From contig NC_092676.1 in the NCBI RefSeq assembly GCF_964355755.1, forward strand, positions 21,594,871-21,658,870: a stretch of 64,000 nucleotides of DNA, given 5' to 3'. Positions 14,015 through 28,141 of this stretch are shown piece by piece (within the stretch, counting starts at the first letter, position 1; each line of letters begins with the position of its first letter). The position numbers and the translations under genes are program-made. The DNA comes from Antedon mediterranea. Lineage: Eukaryota > Animalia > Echinodermata. A model generated the notes under the pieces. The model saw nothing but the letters and a program-made list of their open reading frames with translations. It was not told where the DNA came from and did no database searches.

Positions 14015-16314
14015 TAGTCCAGATCCCTATGTCAAAAAAAGTGCCTTCGTGTGCAGATAATGGGGAAAGTGTAAACATTGTGTTTTATGAATATTTGAAT
14101 CATGCTGGTTATAAAAACCCATGTTGTCAAATTTCTAAAATTCATCTTTGACCTCTGACCTCAATTTGAATGTTTTGACCCATTGAAAACAAAATGATCA
14201 TATCTTTGCAACGCTGAGATTAAATGAAATAATTTTAGTGTCAAATTATTTGGGAGATGCATATTAATATTCGTTCTAATGGAAAAGTTTGTCTAAAAAT
14301 GGCTGGAAGTATGATTTTTGGCATATTTGACCTTTGACCTACATATCATATAACTCCGTAACTAATAGTTGGACAAACTTTAAATAGGGCTCAAATTAAT
14401 CTGAAGGTATATGTTTCTATTCAGTCTAATAAGAACTTTTACAAGAAAATGACCCAAAATATTTTTATTGACCTTTGACCTGTACTGGTAGTACATATTT
14501 CTATAATCTCAAAAACTATTGGCCGTAAAATGGTTGTTTTTGTGAAATGGTTCGAACAATTTACATTTATATGTTGTATAATAACAACATTTTATAGAAA
14601 TGTAAAAGAATTCTATTTATGATCACTAACTTTATAATTTATTAACATCACTAGCATTTGTTAGAATATTAAAATGTGTTATATTTGCTGATTTTAAGCA
14701 CTTCACATGAATTTATCAGAATTAAGTGTATTTAATATAAAGTTTTTTTTTTTATATATAAAGAAAATTTAATTGTCTATCAAATAAGACTATTTTCAAA
14801 TTATTATGGCTAAAACTTAATTAGATACAGGCAAAAAAGTGTATTTTTACTTGTGTGAACAGCGCCCTCAATCTTCATTTTTTCCAAAAAAATACCACAT
14901 TTTTATGTGTTTTCCTGAACTAAACAGGTTATAACTTTGTTTTAAAGACTTTTTACAGTAACCTGTAATTTACATACCTCTTTTATAACGTACTAGGTCA
15001 GTTTCTGAAAAAAATATTTCGATAGCTTGATATTTTTGTTGAGGTTATTACATGATACACACACAAAAAAAATTTAATTTTGAGCTAAAAATCCATCTTT
15101 TTGGTTTAATAAAAGCTATCTAGCAGATATTAATACACAAAATTCATATTTTATTGGATAGATATTATGATTATCTTTCCAATAAAATATGCTGTTTGTG
15201 TAAGAATGGCTGTACAAGATTGTTTGTACTGGACCAAAAAGATGGATTTTGAGCACAAAATCAAAATATTTTTAGCATGCACCATGTAATAACCTCAGGA
15301 AAAATATCAAGCTATAAAAATATTGTTTTCATTTTATCTCAGAAACTTACTTAGTATATGGTAGAAGGTGTATGTAAGTTACACGTCACTGACAACAAAT
15401 CTTTTAAAAAGTTACAACCAGCTAAGTTTATGAAACCACATAAAAATGTGGTATTTTTGGGGAAAAAATGAAGATTGAGGGCGCTGTTCACACAAGTAAA
15501 AATACACTTTTTTGCCTGTATCTAATTAAGTTTTAGCCATAATAATTTGAAAATAGTCTTATTTGATAGATAATTAAATTGTCTTTATATAAAAAAAAAC
15601 AACTTTATATTAAATACACATATTTTCTGATAAATTCATGTGAAGTGCGTAAAATCAGCAAATATGACACATTTTAATATTATAACAAATGCTAGTGATG
15701 TTAATAAATTACAAAGTTAGTGATCATAAATAAAATTCGTTTACATTTCTATAAAATGTTGTTATTATAAAACATATAAATGTAAATTGTTCGAACCATT
15801 TCACAAAAACAACCATTTTACGGCCAATAGTTTTTGAGATTATAGAAATATGTACTACCTAGTACAGGTCAAAGGTCAATAAAAATATTTCGGGTCATTT
15901 TCTTGTAAAAGTTCTTATTATACTGAATAGAAACATATACCTTCAGATTAATTTGAGCCCTATTTAAAGTTTGTCCAACTATTAGTTACGGAGTTATATG
16001 ATATGTAGGTCAAAGGTCAAATATGCCAAAAATCAGCCATTTTTTGACAAACTTTTCCATTAGAACGAATATTAATATGCATCTCCCAAATAATTTGACA
16101 CTAAAATTATTTCATTTAATCTCAGCGTTGCAAAGATATGATCATTTTGTTTTCAATGGGTCAAAACATTCAAATTGAGGTCAGAGGTCAAAGATGAATT
16201 TTAGAAATTTGACAACATGGGTTTTTATAACCAGCATGATTCAAATATTCATAAAACACAATGTTTACACTTTCCCCATGATCTGCACACGAAAATACAT
16301 AGGGATCTGGACTA
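14015..16314. mobile_element. Non-autonomous foldback DNA transposon, Academ-like, with ~1.09-kb inverted arms
   Basis: Termini TAGTCCAGATCCCTATGT / ACATAGGGATCTGGACTA with 3-bp TSD TAT; arms are reverse-complementary inward to ~15103/15232. Confidence 0.85.
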
Positions 16315-16399
16315 TATGGACGGATATTATAAATTTCGTTGCGTTCTTTCCATGCAGTTGTTAAAAATAATTTACAATGTTTATCAAAGATGTTACTTG

Positions 16400-16975
16400 C
16401 TAATACATAGTTAATATTGTTTATACATTGGATTTGATATTCTTCATGAATTTCTAGGTCGTCAAAAAAAAAAGGTGATATTTAAGTTCAGGTGAACTTG
16501 ACGTGAATAAGTCCCATATTTTATGCAAATCAATGTTGTATAGACCTTCTTTAAGTTGTTTAAATATTGAGTTTCTAATATTAATTAATCTAGTACAATT
16601 GAATACAAAATGATAAATTGTTTCTTTTTCACCACAATTACATAACAAACATGATCCTAAATGTTGTGGTGACACAGCTTTCTTTCTTCCTTCGAGTGGT
16701 TATGAGTTAGAACGAGCTTTGAATTTAACTTGATGCATGGTAGCTACGTTTTTCCAATAAGTATTTTTCCATTTTAGGTTCATTTTTATATCTTAAGTAA
16801 TTTGTTAAGGATAATATAGTTTGAGCCTTGTTAAACCATGTTATGTTATCTTCTATAATATTTTTTTCTTTAAAACCACTAAGCCACTTATTACAATAAT
16901 CAATATTGAAAAACATTTGCAAATCAAATTTGTTTAAAATGGATGTATAATATCTATCAAATCAAGTCTTATTTA
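16400..16975 (-). mobile_element. Non-LTR retrotransposon ORF2 3' fragment
   Basis: C-terminal zinc knuckle CLLCNCGEKETIYHFVFNC, upstream YLRYKNEPKMEKYL; frameshifted. Confidence 0.65.
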
Positions 16976-18391
16976 GTATGTATACATCCGCCCTTATGAG
17001 GGCGGGCATCACTCTCTGGAGCTCTCTGTTACAAATTTCTCATGAAAAAATCACGGAATACTCATTCTTGTATTCTTTGCTAGAGTAGTAGTACAACGTG
17101 TTGCGTTTGAATTGAACACAACGATAAGAAATCGTTTGAGAAATTGTTGTAATATTTTATCGAAAGAACAAATTAATTATTTATGTTAGGCCTAGTTTTA
17201 CTAGGCTTATGAAGTTATGATCCTTTTGTCAGGAATGTTATTGCTATCACTAGCCTAGGCCTAGCCTTTCTTTTGCTAGGCCTGCCTATAGCTAGGCCTA
17301 GCCTACCTAGAGTAGTAGAAGTAGAGAAACAGTCAAGAAACAAACAAGCAAGCCAGGATCAAATGACATTGACAGCGACGTGTATGGCGGTGCAGTGAAG
17401 ATGGCGTGAAGATGACCATAAAATTAAAATAACATGGACCGGCTCAGGTAAATTGTAGATAAATAATTGACAGACATATATGATAATAAATAATAATTAA
17501 TATTAATAATCCACCATGCCATGGATGGTCCACACTCACCTCACAGCTAAATACACCACCACACACAGGGTCAATTTGAAAACATAAAAAAAAATGAATA
17601 TTTTTGTTTTCGGTAAACTAGGCCTATAGTTATACTTTAATAGAAATTTGATTTGCAGGTACTGTAGATGTTGGCCTACGCACGATGGGCCTACCTAATT
17701 TGGCCCCTATACTGTTTTGTTGTTTTTGCAAATTTCACATGGCACCTTTTTGCCTGGTTTTATGCAACACTTGGGAACAATTGGAATATGTACCACTGTC
17801 AGTGTTAGATGAAGCAATCTTGGTTCGTTTTGTGGTTGGGTCTTCCATGAATTTTTTAAACAATCGATCTTTCTCCTCATGTTTGCTGCCCAGTAATTAT
17901 GGCTTATTTCTAGCGAACTTGCTCATGATTAAAACACATCAAACAAAATTGCCACTACTACTGTACCATATCAGCTTCTTCGCATATCATAAAGCTGTAG
18001 TTTCACAATTCTATCAATATGATCAATTAAATGAAGTCGTTGATTTTTAACGTCTTCCAGTTTACAGAGAGTTTAAAATATTTGTCATGCTTTCACAGGA
18101 ATTGTTTTTCCACTCAATTGGTATCCACTTGTTTTGTCATAGATTCAATTACAGACACCGTGTCAAATATGTCACTTGCATAAATCTGCCTTAAATCTAA
18201 ACGTTTTTTTTCTGAAGCTGAATTTATCTGTGTATGATACATGATTTCTTAATTGTGTTTCCCTGTTTTTAAAAATGCTTCTACTGTATAGTCCAGGCGT
18301 ATCTGCCACACCCACTTCTCCACAGCCCTGTTGTCAAGGGTGCATGTGAACAGAATGATATGGTACTCCTAGGGTCTAGGAAGGCATAATG

Positions 18392-20720
18392 CAGGGCTCA
18401 AATTTTGAAAATTTATTAGCTAGACCACTGGGCTGTGAGTTTCACTAGTCCACTCATTAGCTAAAATCTTATTGGGTAAATACTGCGCAGCTGCACACCA
18501 AATCAAAACATAACTCTACTACTGAATTATTTTAATTTCAGTATAAACTATAATATCATAATTTTAGACAGGTCTGGTGCATGGAAGATGATTATTTTTC
18601 AATTTAGAAATCACTGTCTTGATCACTCTCAAATTCATCTTGATGTTCATCATCTGATTCTTGTTTTTCTTCTTCTACTACCTGCATTCGATTTAAGTAT
18701 CAAACTCCACCACTATTCCATACTGTAGGTTGATAGCTGGTACGGAGGTTATAATCAGTGATGGTGGGTGACTGCATCATGATGACCATCTGGTCAGTCA
18801 CCCGATCTTCCCAGGATGATCGGTACTTGGTCTTCAGTTGTTTCATTTTGTTGAAACCCCTCTCTGCCTCAGCAGAACTAGCTGGAATGGCAAGCACAGG
18901 TTAATAAAAGACGACACATTTGCAGACCTTGATTTATAAATATAAGAGGATAGCTCCTAATGGCTCTCCTCAATATGTTGAGGAGAGCCATTATTTTGAT
19001 TAAGTATTCGAGGCACAGGCCCACCATGGTTGGGCCTGTGGCGAGCCGAATTTTGATAAATGACACCTCTAGATGGCCGGAAATGGTACTCTCGCACGTA
19101 AAATTCATCGTAGGTCATTGTTCTCTGAACGTAGTAGTCTACGATGTATTGTTATGATATTAAATTATCTACGCGTCGATCGTAGGGTGGTTCGTAGGGT
19201 TAGTAAACACCATTGTCATCGCCTTTACTTTAGAAGCATGGACAATGCAAACAAACAATGTATTGTTTGCTAATTAAAATCCTATCTAAAGATAGTAGAC
19301 GTCAATTTTTGTAGCCACCCTAGCTAGCATCGGTTATCCTAATTTGGACGGAAATCCGCCGACGAGACGACATCGGGTCCGTGGACCTCTCAGATCACGC
19401 AGAGAGAGAGAGTCGAGGCTATCTATCTAGTCTAGTTTCGGCGGCCTACACTATAAATTATTTAATCCTACCTTGGGTTAGCGAATTATAAAAACAACGA
19501 CACCTAGGCTAGGACACCAACAAAATACAGTATATGCAAAATAAATATATATATATTCCATATTAATTACTACTGTATAAGATTTAACATAAAGGCGACA
19601 TGTGTATAAGAAAAGGCCCGACCAGAATTTGGAGGGGAAAACATGTGAGCAGTTATTAAGATCAGAGAGAGTGTTTCATGTCATGTGACACAAAATCCAG
19701 GTACACGATCTTAATTACTGTTTATCGTCGGCAGCCACACATACTGAGTTTTAAAAAAAACATGTGAGATGTTGCGGTGTAAAGCAGAGAGTATCGCGTT
19801 TCATGCCATGTGACCAAAAAAACTAGGTCTGTATAATTACGGTCTTCTGACGGCAGTCTTTTTGAGCTACCGATTGAACGTTCTGATACTATTATTTAGA
19901 ATGAATTGTTTAAAATATTTTTCATGCAACATCAAAGATCGAAGGCGCGCCTAGCCTATCGGGGGTAGCCATAACAAAGATCGTTTGCGCGACTATATAT
20001 AGACTGTGTGTTGTATTCGGGGTTAATATTCTTATCATTATAGGCCTATATATTTTTATGACGCACTGTAACAGGTTGGGGAGCGCTATTTTAGGCGCTC
20101 CTTTGATCGTTTTCAGGAGCGCCAAGGAGCGTCAGCGCCATGGCGCTCCTTTTAAATCAAGGTCTGCATTTGAAAGTTCATCCTTTATTGTTGGAATGAT
20201 TTTTTACCAATTTGCAATGGCTATCCTGTTGTATCTGTAAAGTAACATAAATGATTATTATGTGAAATAGCACTTAATTAAAACAATAACTTTTAAATTT
20301 ATAATGGCACACAAGATACTCAAGTCATCTAAAGATACATTGTCAGCATTCAAAGATGTGCTAAACTTCTGTCATATGAGTTTTACCTCCTCTTTGCCAA
20401 AATCTATTAAAAAAATAAACAGATTCATTAATAAAAGTGCAGTAATAATTGAATATTTCCAGGATTGCTCCAGTGTAATGAATTCATAATATCTGTTGTT
20501 TCTTTCACATTAGCAGGCCAACATTTAAAGCTGCTAATACGTACGTAAAGCGTGTACAGTAACTATACCTGTACATGTTGCATGTCTTGGAATCTTCCAT
20601 CAAGGGCCAACTGGATACCAGAAATGATTTTGACAACAGAAGATTCAATGTCTCCAGACCCAACTGGGTTCTCTCCTTTAAAACAACCATCATCATCTGC
20701 AATATTTTATCTCATGACCT
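18392..20720 (-). mobile_element. Decayed intron-containing hAT transposase (ZNF862-like), split by a nested insertion
   Basis: hAT dimerisation motif LAIPASSAEAERGFNKMKQLKTKYRS (18800-18897); the reading continues across the insertion as IKDELSNV|SSFIN; candidate terminus CAGGGCTC at 18392. Confidence 0.7.
18923..20166. mobile_element. Non-autonomous TIR transposon (hAT-like) with 6-bp TSD
   Basis: 14-bp TIR CAGACCTTGATTTA / TAAATCAAGGTCTG; CATTTG duplicated on both sides; subterminal hairpin at 18959-18992. Confidence 0.85.
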
Positions 20721-22140
20721 GCAGTGTTTGTGTGTCATTTTCGTACAATTACAAACATATAATTAATGTTAATATATTTCTTTCAGTTTTCAGCAGATTT
20801 TCTGTATTATATGACTTACTTTGTTTTATAGTCTGCTGACTCAATCGATGCAGCAGCATCTGCTACAGTCAAACTTGATTTCTGTTCAGTCAATGACACT
20901 GAATTTGTACTACTGTATCATTTATCCTTTACGTTTCTAAATGGGGGATTACTGAGAATTCTGGCCTCCTTTTGTACAAGTCCCTTTTTAGGGAGACTGG
21001 TCTGTATTAACATTGAGATAATACTTCCCCATGCCTTTCAATCACGTTTTGTAGCAATTATTGACCTGTTCAATAGCTAAGGTTGGTTTATCACCATCGT
21101 GTGAACCTTCAGTTGGGATGTCCAAGTTCGGAGACTGTAGGTTTTGCCATGGTCGGGTAAGGTGCATGTTGTAGTGGATCTGCTGTCAGGAACTGGTGTA
21201 CTGTAGCTTGTGTCTGATTTGCTCTTACTGTATTGAATTCCATGGTGTAGAATTTGGCGACAATTTATGTGGGACTGGTTCGGGGACTGGTTGCTTCTCT
21301 TCATTCCCATATTCATTTACTCACCTTATCTGCATCTGCTGAATCTGTACTTTTTACAGGTATATCGTCGGCTATAGGTGTTCTACTGTAGCTCTAGAGA
21401 CTATAGCAGTACTGTAATTGTAGTATAATTGCTGAAGGTTGCCTAGGCTACTCAACCTCTAAACATTAATTGACTAATAAAGATTTAAATAAAAATATAA
21501 TCTGGGCAACGGCATAAACCAGTTATACCGTATTTAATGAAAGTATTCTCAATTTCAACAATGTAGCTATAATGAGACCCGAGGCATGATGTACCACAGT
21601 TGGTAAATAGAAAAACGAATTAACACAGGCCTACTGTAGTTGTCAATACAATCATAAATTAACGTATCGAAACTTATGAACTAAACAATATAAACGTTTA
21701 ATTTTTAAATCTGTATGCTATATAAATAGAACTACACTACACTTTTAGTACAGGAAAACTATGAAATATGGTTGAAAAAATTGCAACAGAATTTATTTCA
21801 CAACAATGCATTTCTATAAGGTCCCAGGTAGGGGAAATAGGTTTTTTAAAACAAAATGGCCGCCAATGGCGAAAATGCCTAAAAAAGGACAAAAAAACAT
21901 AAATGATAGATCTAATTACCACTTTATAACAGTTTTTACAATGGTTTATATATTTCTTTACAGTTTCGAAGATCTGAACTACAATATACACATTATTTTA
22001 AGTGCTGAAAAACCAATGTTTAAGTATGTAGATACTGTATATCCCTATTGTTATAATATAAAACGCAGTCCTTCCTATGCTTAATGCATAGGATTACGGT
22101 GTCAATAATACATTTGTACTGTTATAACAATATATTACAA

Positions 22141-24393
22141 CATTGGTGGTGCCAGCGGAGAGGAGTATAGGGATGGGAGATCATATGGGAAGGGTGAGGG
22201 AGTCTGTCCGGCCCCCCATCCCCTCTCCCCAATTGGCTATTTTCGGGAGTATACTGTATGTAGACAATATGATATTTCCTAATATAAAACAATTGAGTGC
22301 TGTTTCAAGGATTTTCATTTTTTAAAGTGACTAAAACTACCCTTTACCTCTATAATATTGTCGGAACTTCTGGGTGCGCTCCCATAAATGTATAAATATA
22401 AATAAATCTTATCATTTAACTAGGTCCATACAGCTTTCTCAGTTCGAACCTGCAAGTGAGGAGGAAATTCTAAATATTGTCAAAAATTCTCCCTCAAAAT
22501 CGTGTGAACTTGACCCGGTACCAACTTCACTGATAAAGAAATTTACTTCTTCATTTATTCCATTAATCACACATATTGTAAATAAGTCTCTTGAAAGTGG
22601 TTCTTTCCCAGAGTCTCTTAAAGTCACTCATGTTCGACCCACATTGAAAAAAATAGGTCTAGATCCCGAGATTCTGAAAACTACAGACCTACTGTATCTC
22701 GAATCTTAGTTTTTTAGGAAAAATAATTGAGAATGTTGTTTCTAAACGGATATTGTCGCATGTACAAAACCATAGTCTACTTGATCCGTATCAATCTGCC
22801 TATAAAGTGCATCATAGTACTGAAACTGCATTACTTCGTGTAAATAACGATATCATACGTGCGATGGATGATGGTAAGCTAACTGCTCTAGTATTATTAG
22901 ACTTAAGTGCAGCATTTGATACGGTTGACCATTCCGTGTTGTTAAATAGACTCAGTACGTATATTGGTATTGAAGGAAAAGCACTTGATTGGTGTCTGTC
23001 ATATTTGGAAAAAAGGCCTCAACACGTATGTATTGGTGATGCTATCAAAAGCTTCTTTTTTAAACTTTTCGGTACCACAAGGATCTGTTCTTGGGCCGCA
23101 ATGGTTCAAAATTTATTTACACCCAATACGGGATATCATTAGTAAATATGATCTGTACTATCATGTTTACGCTGATGATACTCAGATTTATATTTCTTTT
23201 AAACCTACAATGACACACATTGACATTTCTTTGGAACTGCTCCAACATTGTATCCATGAATTGCGTGTCTGGATGAAAAACAACTTTCTTAAATTAAATT
23301 ATGAAAAAACAGAATATATTCTCTTTGGATCAAAGCTGCAGTTGGAAAAACTGCCACCAAGTTTTATTTACATTGGTGAAACCCAAATAGACCCGGCTAG
23401 GCAGGTTAGAAATCTAGGGGTTGAAATGGATGCGGGTATGACTATGATTTCTCATATCTCAAAAACTATTTCTATGTCGTCTTTTCACTTACGAAACATC
23501 CGAAGGATTCGAAAGTTTATTAATGAGGCAGCAGCTAAACAACTTGTTCATGCTTTTGTCACTTCACGACTGGATATGGGAAACTCATTGCTATATGGGC
23601 TACCACAAAAACAACTCCACAGGCTTCAGCTGATTCAAAATACAGCGGCACGAGTTGTTAAAAACTACCAAGATATGCACACATATCAAATACCTTGGAA
23701 ACTTTGCATTGGCTTCCTGTTAGGTACCGCATTGTTTTTAAAATATTACTCTTTGTTTTTAATTCTATTAATGGCATGGCTCCTGAATATATTTCTATAT
23801 TTCTGACATGCTTAGGCTGTATGTTCCCAGACGGAATCTGCGTTCTAGTGATACGCTGCTTCTACATCAACCTAAGTCTCACCACTCATGGGGAGGCATG
23901 GAATGCTCTACCGAGCTCTATCAGATTTTGCAAAACTGTTGATACTTTTAAAAAATTATTAAAAACACATTTATTCATTAAGGCATATGGAAATCATGAG
24001 GTTTCTTAAAGTTCTAGAATTGTATAGTATACTTTTTCCTGACCAGCATTATCTTTGGGGTGCCTCTGTCTTGGTTGTTGTCTCTGAGCACCCGGTCGTC
24101 TGTGGCAAGGCAAATGTGTATCCTGTTCCTTTGTTTGGTCACCTAGGTAGGGGTCCGGGACCGCGACAGAACGAGAACGGATGGGGACCCTCCAAAGAAA
24201 TTGCATTTTATTTGTCGGGCATTTGTATGATTTGTTTTATTTTTTTGAATGCGCCTTGAACACTCTTGAGTGGTATTTGCGCTATAAAAATCCTGTTATT
24301 ATTATTATTATTATTGATGGCCCAGCCAATTGATGCTAGCTGCGCTCTCCCCCCCCCCCCCCCCTCATCGGGAAAATCCTTGCGCCATCACTG
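22141..24393. mobile_element. Possible hAT-type MITE interrupted by the L2 LINE
   Basis: Imperfect ends CATTGGTGGTGCCAG / CTTGCGCCATCACTG; TSD not clean. Confidence 0.4.
22420..24315 (+). mobile_element. 5'-truncated L2-clade LINE (RT ORF2, frameshifted)
   Basis: KSCELDPVPT, YQSAYKVHHSTETALLRV, LLDLSAAFDTVDH, VPQGSVLGP, YADDTQIY, LHWLPV; 3' stem followed by (ATT)n tail at 24296-24315. Confidence 0.92.
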
Positions 24394-24408
24394 GACAACA
24401 ATCTATTA

Positions 24409-24780
24409 CCGTATTTATTCGGATAAACGCTACATTTAGAAAAATTGAATAACCTACGCCACCGCAACCCCTCCCCCCCCCCCCCCCCCATCGGACATCA
24501 TTTTGAATTTATTTCCTCGAATGTACGCCCCGCCACATGCATATTATACACAATATTGTATTTTAACACATCTCTATTTGTAATAGAATTCACTGATGAA
24601 TGACATGATGGTGTTGTATTTGTTCATATCTAAAGGGTGTATTTATTTGATTATACATATACCACATTACACCCACAAAAATAAACGCCTCTCTCCGAAT
24701 AAACTCCTCACGACGATTACACGCCCCAACTACCCTCCTTAAAAATCAACCACCAAGGGCATTTATTCAAATAAATGTGG
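24409..24780. mobile_element. Tc1/mariner (pogo/Tigger-like) MITE
   Basis: ta|CCGTATTTATTCGGATAAACGC at left and decayed GCATTTATTCAAATAAATGTGG at right. Confidence 0.6.
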
Positions 24781-26113
24781 TCATTTCACTTTCATCTTGT
24801 CAGTATCTCATCCTCCATCTATTGGTGGGGAATTGAGCATGTGCTGATGCCGTGGCATTCTTAAAAAATAGTGGAGCAGCAGTCCAAACCATATTTTCTG
24901 TAGCTGCAATTTATTTTACTACAACCTTATTTACAGGTACATCTAATCAACTTTAATAGTTTCTCTGGTGGTGCTGGTAGTAAATTTGTCATCAATACTT
25001 TCCATCCCTAGTCTGTGGGTTGAAGAGTATTTCCTATCCACTGCTACTGTATACCTGGTAATAAAGACTCACGAAAGGAAATTTTGCAGCAAGGGAATAG
25101 ATTTGCTTTTTGCAACTTTCTCAAAGAAAAGTGGGCTGTCTGAAATCTCACATAGCCATCAATGATGACATAGTATATGTGAGGGAATGTGCACTGCTTC
25201 TCTATTGATGAATATGGTTGATTTTTACCCATTTGTAATAATATGTTAAATTAATATTCTGTCACGGTTGCTTCATTCATTGATTTAATACCATATGTTC
25301 TCGATGGGGGAGCACTGTGAATGCATGTAAAGTCTTTCCTTGGTGTGAAGCTCTGTAAAAATTAATTTGCTTTTTATACATGGAATCCAGGGATGTGATA
25401 CTACATCCCATCTATTTGGTATAGGAAAAGGTTTTAGTCTTAAAAAGTCATAACACCTGGGCAGTAGTATGCTTACAAACTCTGTAAAACCAAACGTCTC
25501 CAAAAAAAAAGAAACCATCGCATTAGAGGAATTGGCATTGGTATAGCTATATACTGTATGGAGGAATACGTTCTGGGAGAAAGTTAGCAAAAAGCAAAAC
25601 AGCACTTGAAATAAAGTCTATTCCCCCAACAACAAATGCTGCAAAATGTCATTCCCTGCGTGTATATTACCATGGTACAGCAATGGATAGAAAATACTCT
25701 TCAACCCACAGACTGGGGGATGGAAAGTTACAAATGGCATGATATGTCCATTGATGACAAATTTACCACCAGTGCCACTGTTTGTGACGAATACCACGGC
25801 ATCAGCACATGCTTAATTCTTACCTATAGACAGAGGATGATAACTGGACAATGAAAATGAATGGAGTATAGATTGTAAGATTGTATAATTCTATTGTTGT
25901 GACAGTACAAATGTAAATGAACTGTTTTATTAGACACCGTAGTCCTGCATTATAATGCATAAGACTACGTTGTCTATTATTATAACCATGGTGATATCTT
26001 GATACTTAAATGTGTGTTTTTGCTGCTAAATAGCCCTTAAATTAATATGTATATTGCAGTTTAAATGTTTGACACTAAAGAAATATAAAAAGCATTATAA
26101 AAACTGCTATCAG

Positions 26114-28141
26114 TAGGTATCCCAATGAAGCGGATTTTCGTTACCGCGATTTTAACACGTTCGTGAAATTTCAAAAAGTGACGTGTCTTTGAAGTTAAAA
26201 ATATACTATTTCTGATATACACATGTGAATAAAAATTATATGTCTGGAAAGATCTTGTTTAAGGGATTATTTTCATATATTTTTAATCTATGTTTATTAA
26301 ATATTTTAATAGAAAACGCGAGTTAAAAATGAGGTACAAAAGCCGGCGAGCCGAAATCCGCGCGCTAAAAATAACTTTGGAAAACACCTACCCATTTTCA
26401 AAACACGATCGCACGAGGTCCATAATAGGTGGTGGAGTAATTTTTGTTGTATGTTATCAGGCTTTAAATACTCTTTATTTTGATATGTAAATCGGTTATT
26501 ATTATTATGTACATCCGCCTCAAATGTCAATTTTAACGATAAAAATTGAATTTTTTAGTCTTTCTCATTATCAAAATCTGGCTAATTTAGTATTGAATTG
26601 AAGCTAATTTATATTTTTGTTTGATAAACCACATCGTTTTATTTGACTTTGCGTGGACCTCGTGCGAAGAGGCCAACAAGACCAACCACTGAAAAAAATA
26701 ATCCCTACCATAAATATCAGTGTTTACCATTTTCCTTACGGGGGGGATTCAGTTCTCCGCTTATTACTAAATTATCGTCGCCCACACAATGTGCATGGTA
26801 TGCATGTATTAGCGCGTTAATTAATGATTGGATAACCCCTGCAGTGGACTGTTCCATTTTCTGAACTAGTCTTCGCCGCACACGAGGCATGTCGAAAAAT
26901 GTCGCCTCTCATGGAATATTTGCTTCGAAACGTCAATTTTACCGATTTATTAAATTATTTAATAAGTGGAATATTTATAAATCTACTATATAAAGCAAGT
27001 AGGTTAGGAAGAAATGTACCGAAGAAATTTAAGAAGCTTTGATTTTGCTATGCAGCGGCCGTAAGTCATTGTATGTAGGCGGCCGAAACGCGCTTTGGCC
27101 TGTGTTGCCGTTGTATGTCTACGCTGTTTCTAGGCCTAAATTTTATTCCGTATATTTCAATTCAAAGTGCAACTTTCGGTTAGAATAATCGAAAGGGAAA
27201 TAAAATTAAACATGCTACAATTATACCATTGAGGTAATTACTTTGTTAAATAAAAAATTTCTTCCCGATATTTCTTAGGCAGAATTTAGCGTCAGGCTTT
27301 TATTTAGACCTTGCTAGCTAGCTAGGGGCCTATCTTAACTTGTAGTAGGCGCGGCCGAGTCTACGTTCGGCCCGGCGCTCCAAATGGAATCGAACACATA
27401 ATAAGCACGGGCTTAATTCTTATTTTTGGCGGTTCGAAAATCAATTTAAATAATATATGATTATAAATATAACTTTAAATACTAGAATTATTAAAAAAAT
27501 GTATACTTACGAAAAATAATATTTAATGAAAAGAAACAATACCCACACAGTTTTTTAACGCAATATTTTTTTTTTTCACATTTTAACATTTTTTAACAAT
27601 ATTTTATGTTGTATTTCAGAATTACATACCTGTCAATATAAATAACCTTACTAAAATACATATTACATTTTATGCAATGCAAAAAAAAAGAAGTTAATTC
27701 ACACATTGGTTCAAAAGTTATGAATCATTTAAAGACAGGAACTTTTTGGGCATTTTTGAGACATTGGGAAAATCACGCGTAAAAAGCCCTCGGACAAATT
27801 TTGTAGGGCGATATCTAAAAAAAAAAATGTGGAGGACACCCAAAAAAATTTTTTTCTTGTACAACTCTGTTGTATCTATGGGTTTGGAAAAAATAAGAAC
27901 TTTAAAATTATTAGTATAAAAGTTATAACCCTTCAAAAATGGGTTCAAATATAATTAGAAAAAGTGCCATTTTTCAAGCAAAAATCACTGTTTTTTGGGC
28001 ACTTTAACGGACCATAACTTTTGAATGGATAATCCGATTTCAATCATTTAAATTGCAAAAGTTTATGTTCAGTAAGTTCCTTCTGATTAACTGAAAGAAA
28101 AAGTACCATCATTAATTTGAATTTTTACATTGGGATACCTA
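26114..28141. mobile_element. Non-autonomous TIR transposon inserted in the Academ right TIR
   Basis: 14-bp TIR TAGGTATCCCAATG / CATTGGGATACCTA; CTATCAG duplicated on both flanks (7 bp). Confidence 0.85.

Noticed and set aside
17180-17310. Clustered TAGGCCTA/CTAG palindromes as regulatory sites or footprints
   Set aside because: Common across the window and no paired empty-site evidence, unlike TACAGTA
17685-18050. 121-aa plus-strand ORF
   Set aside because: No recognisable motif; probably the antisense of decayed sequence
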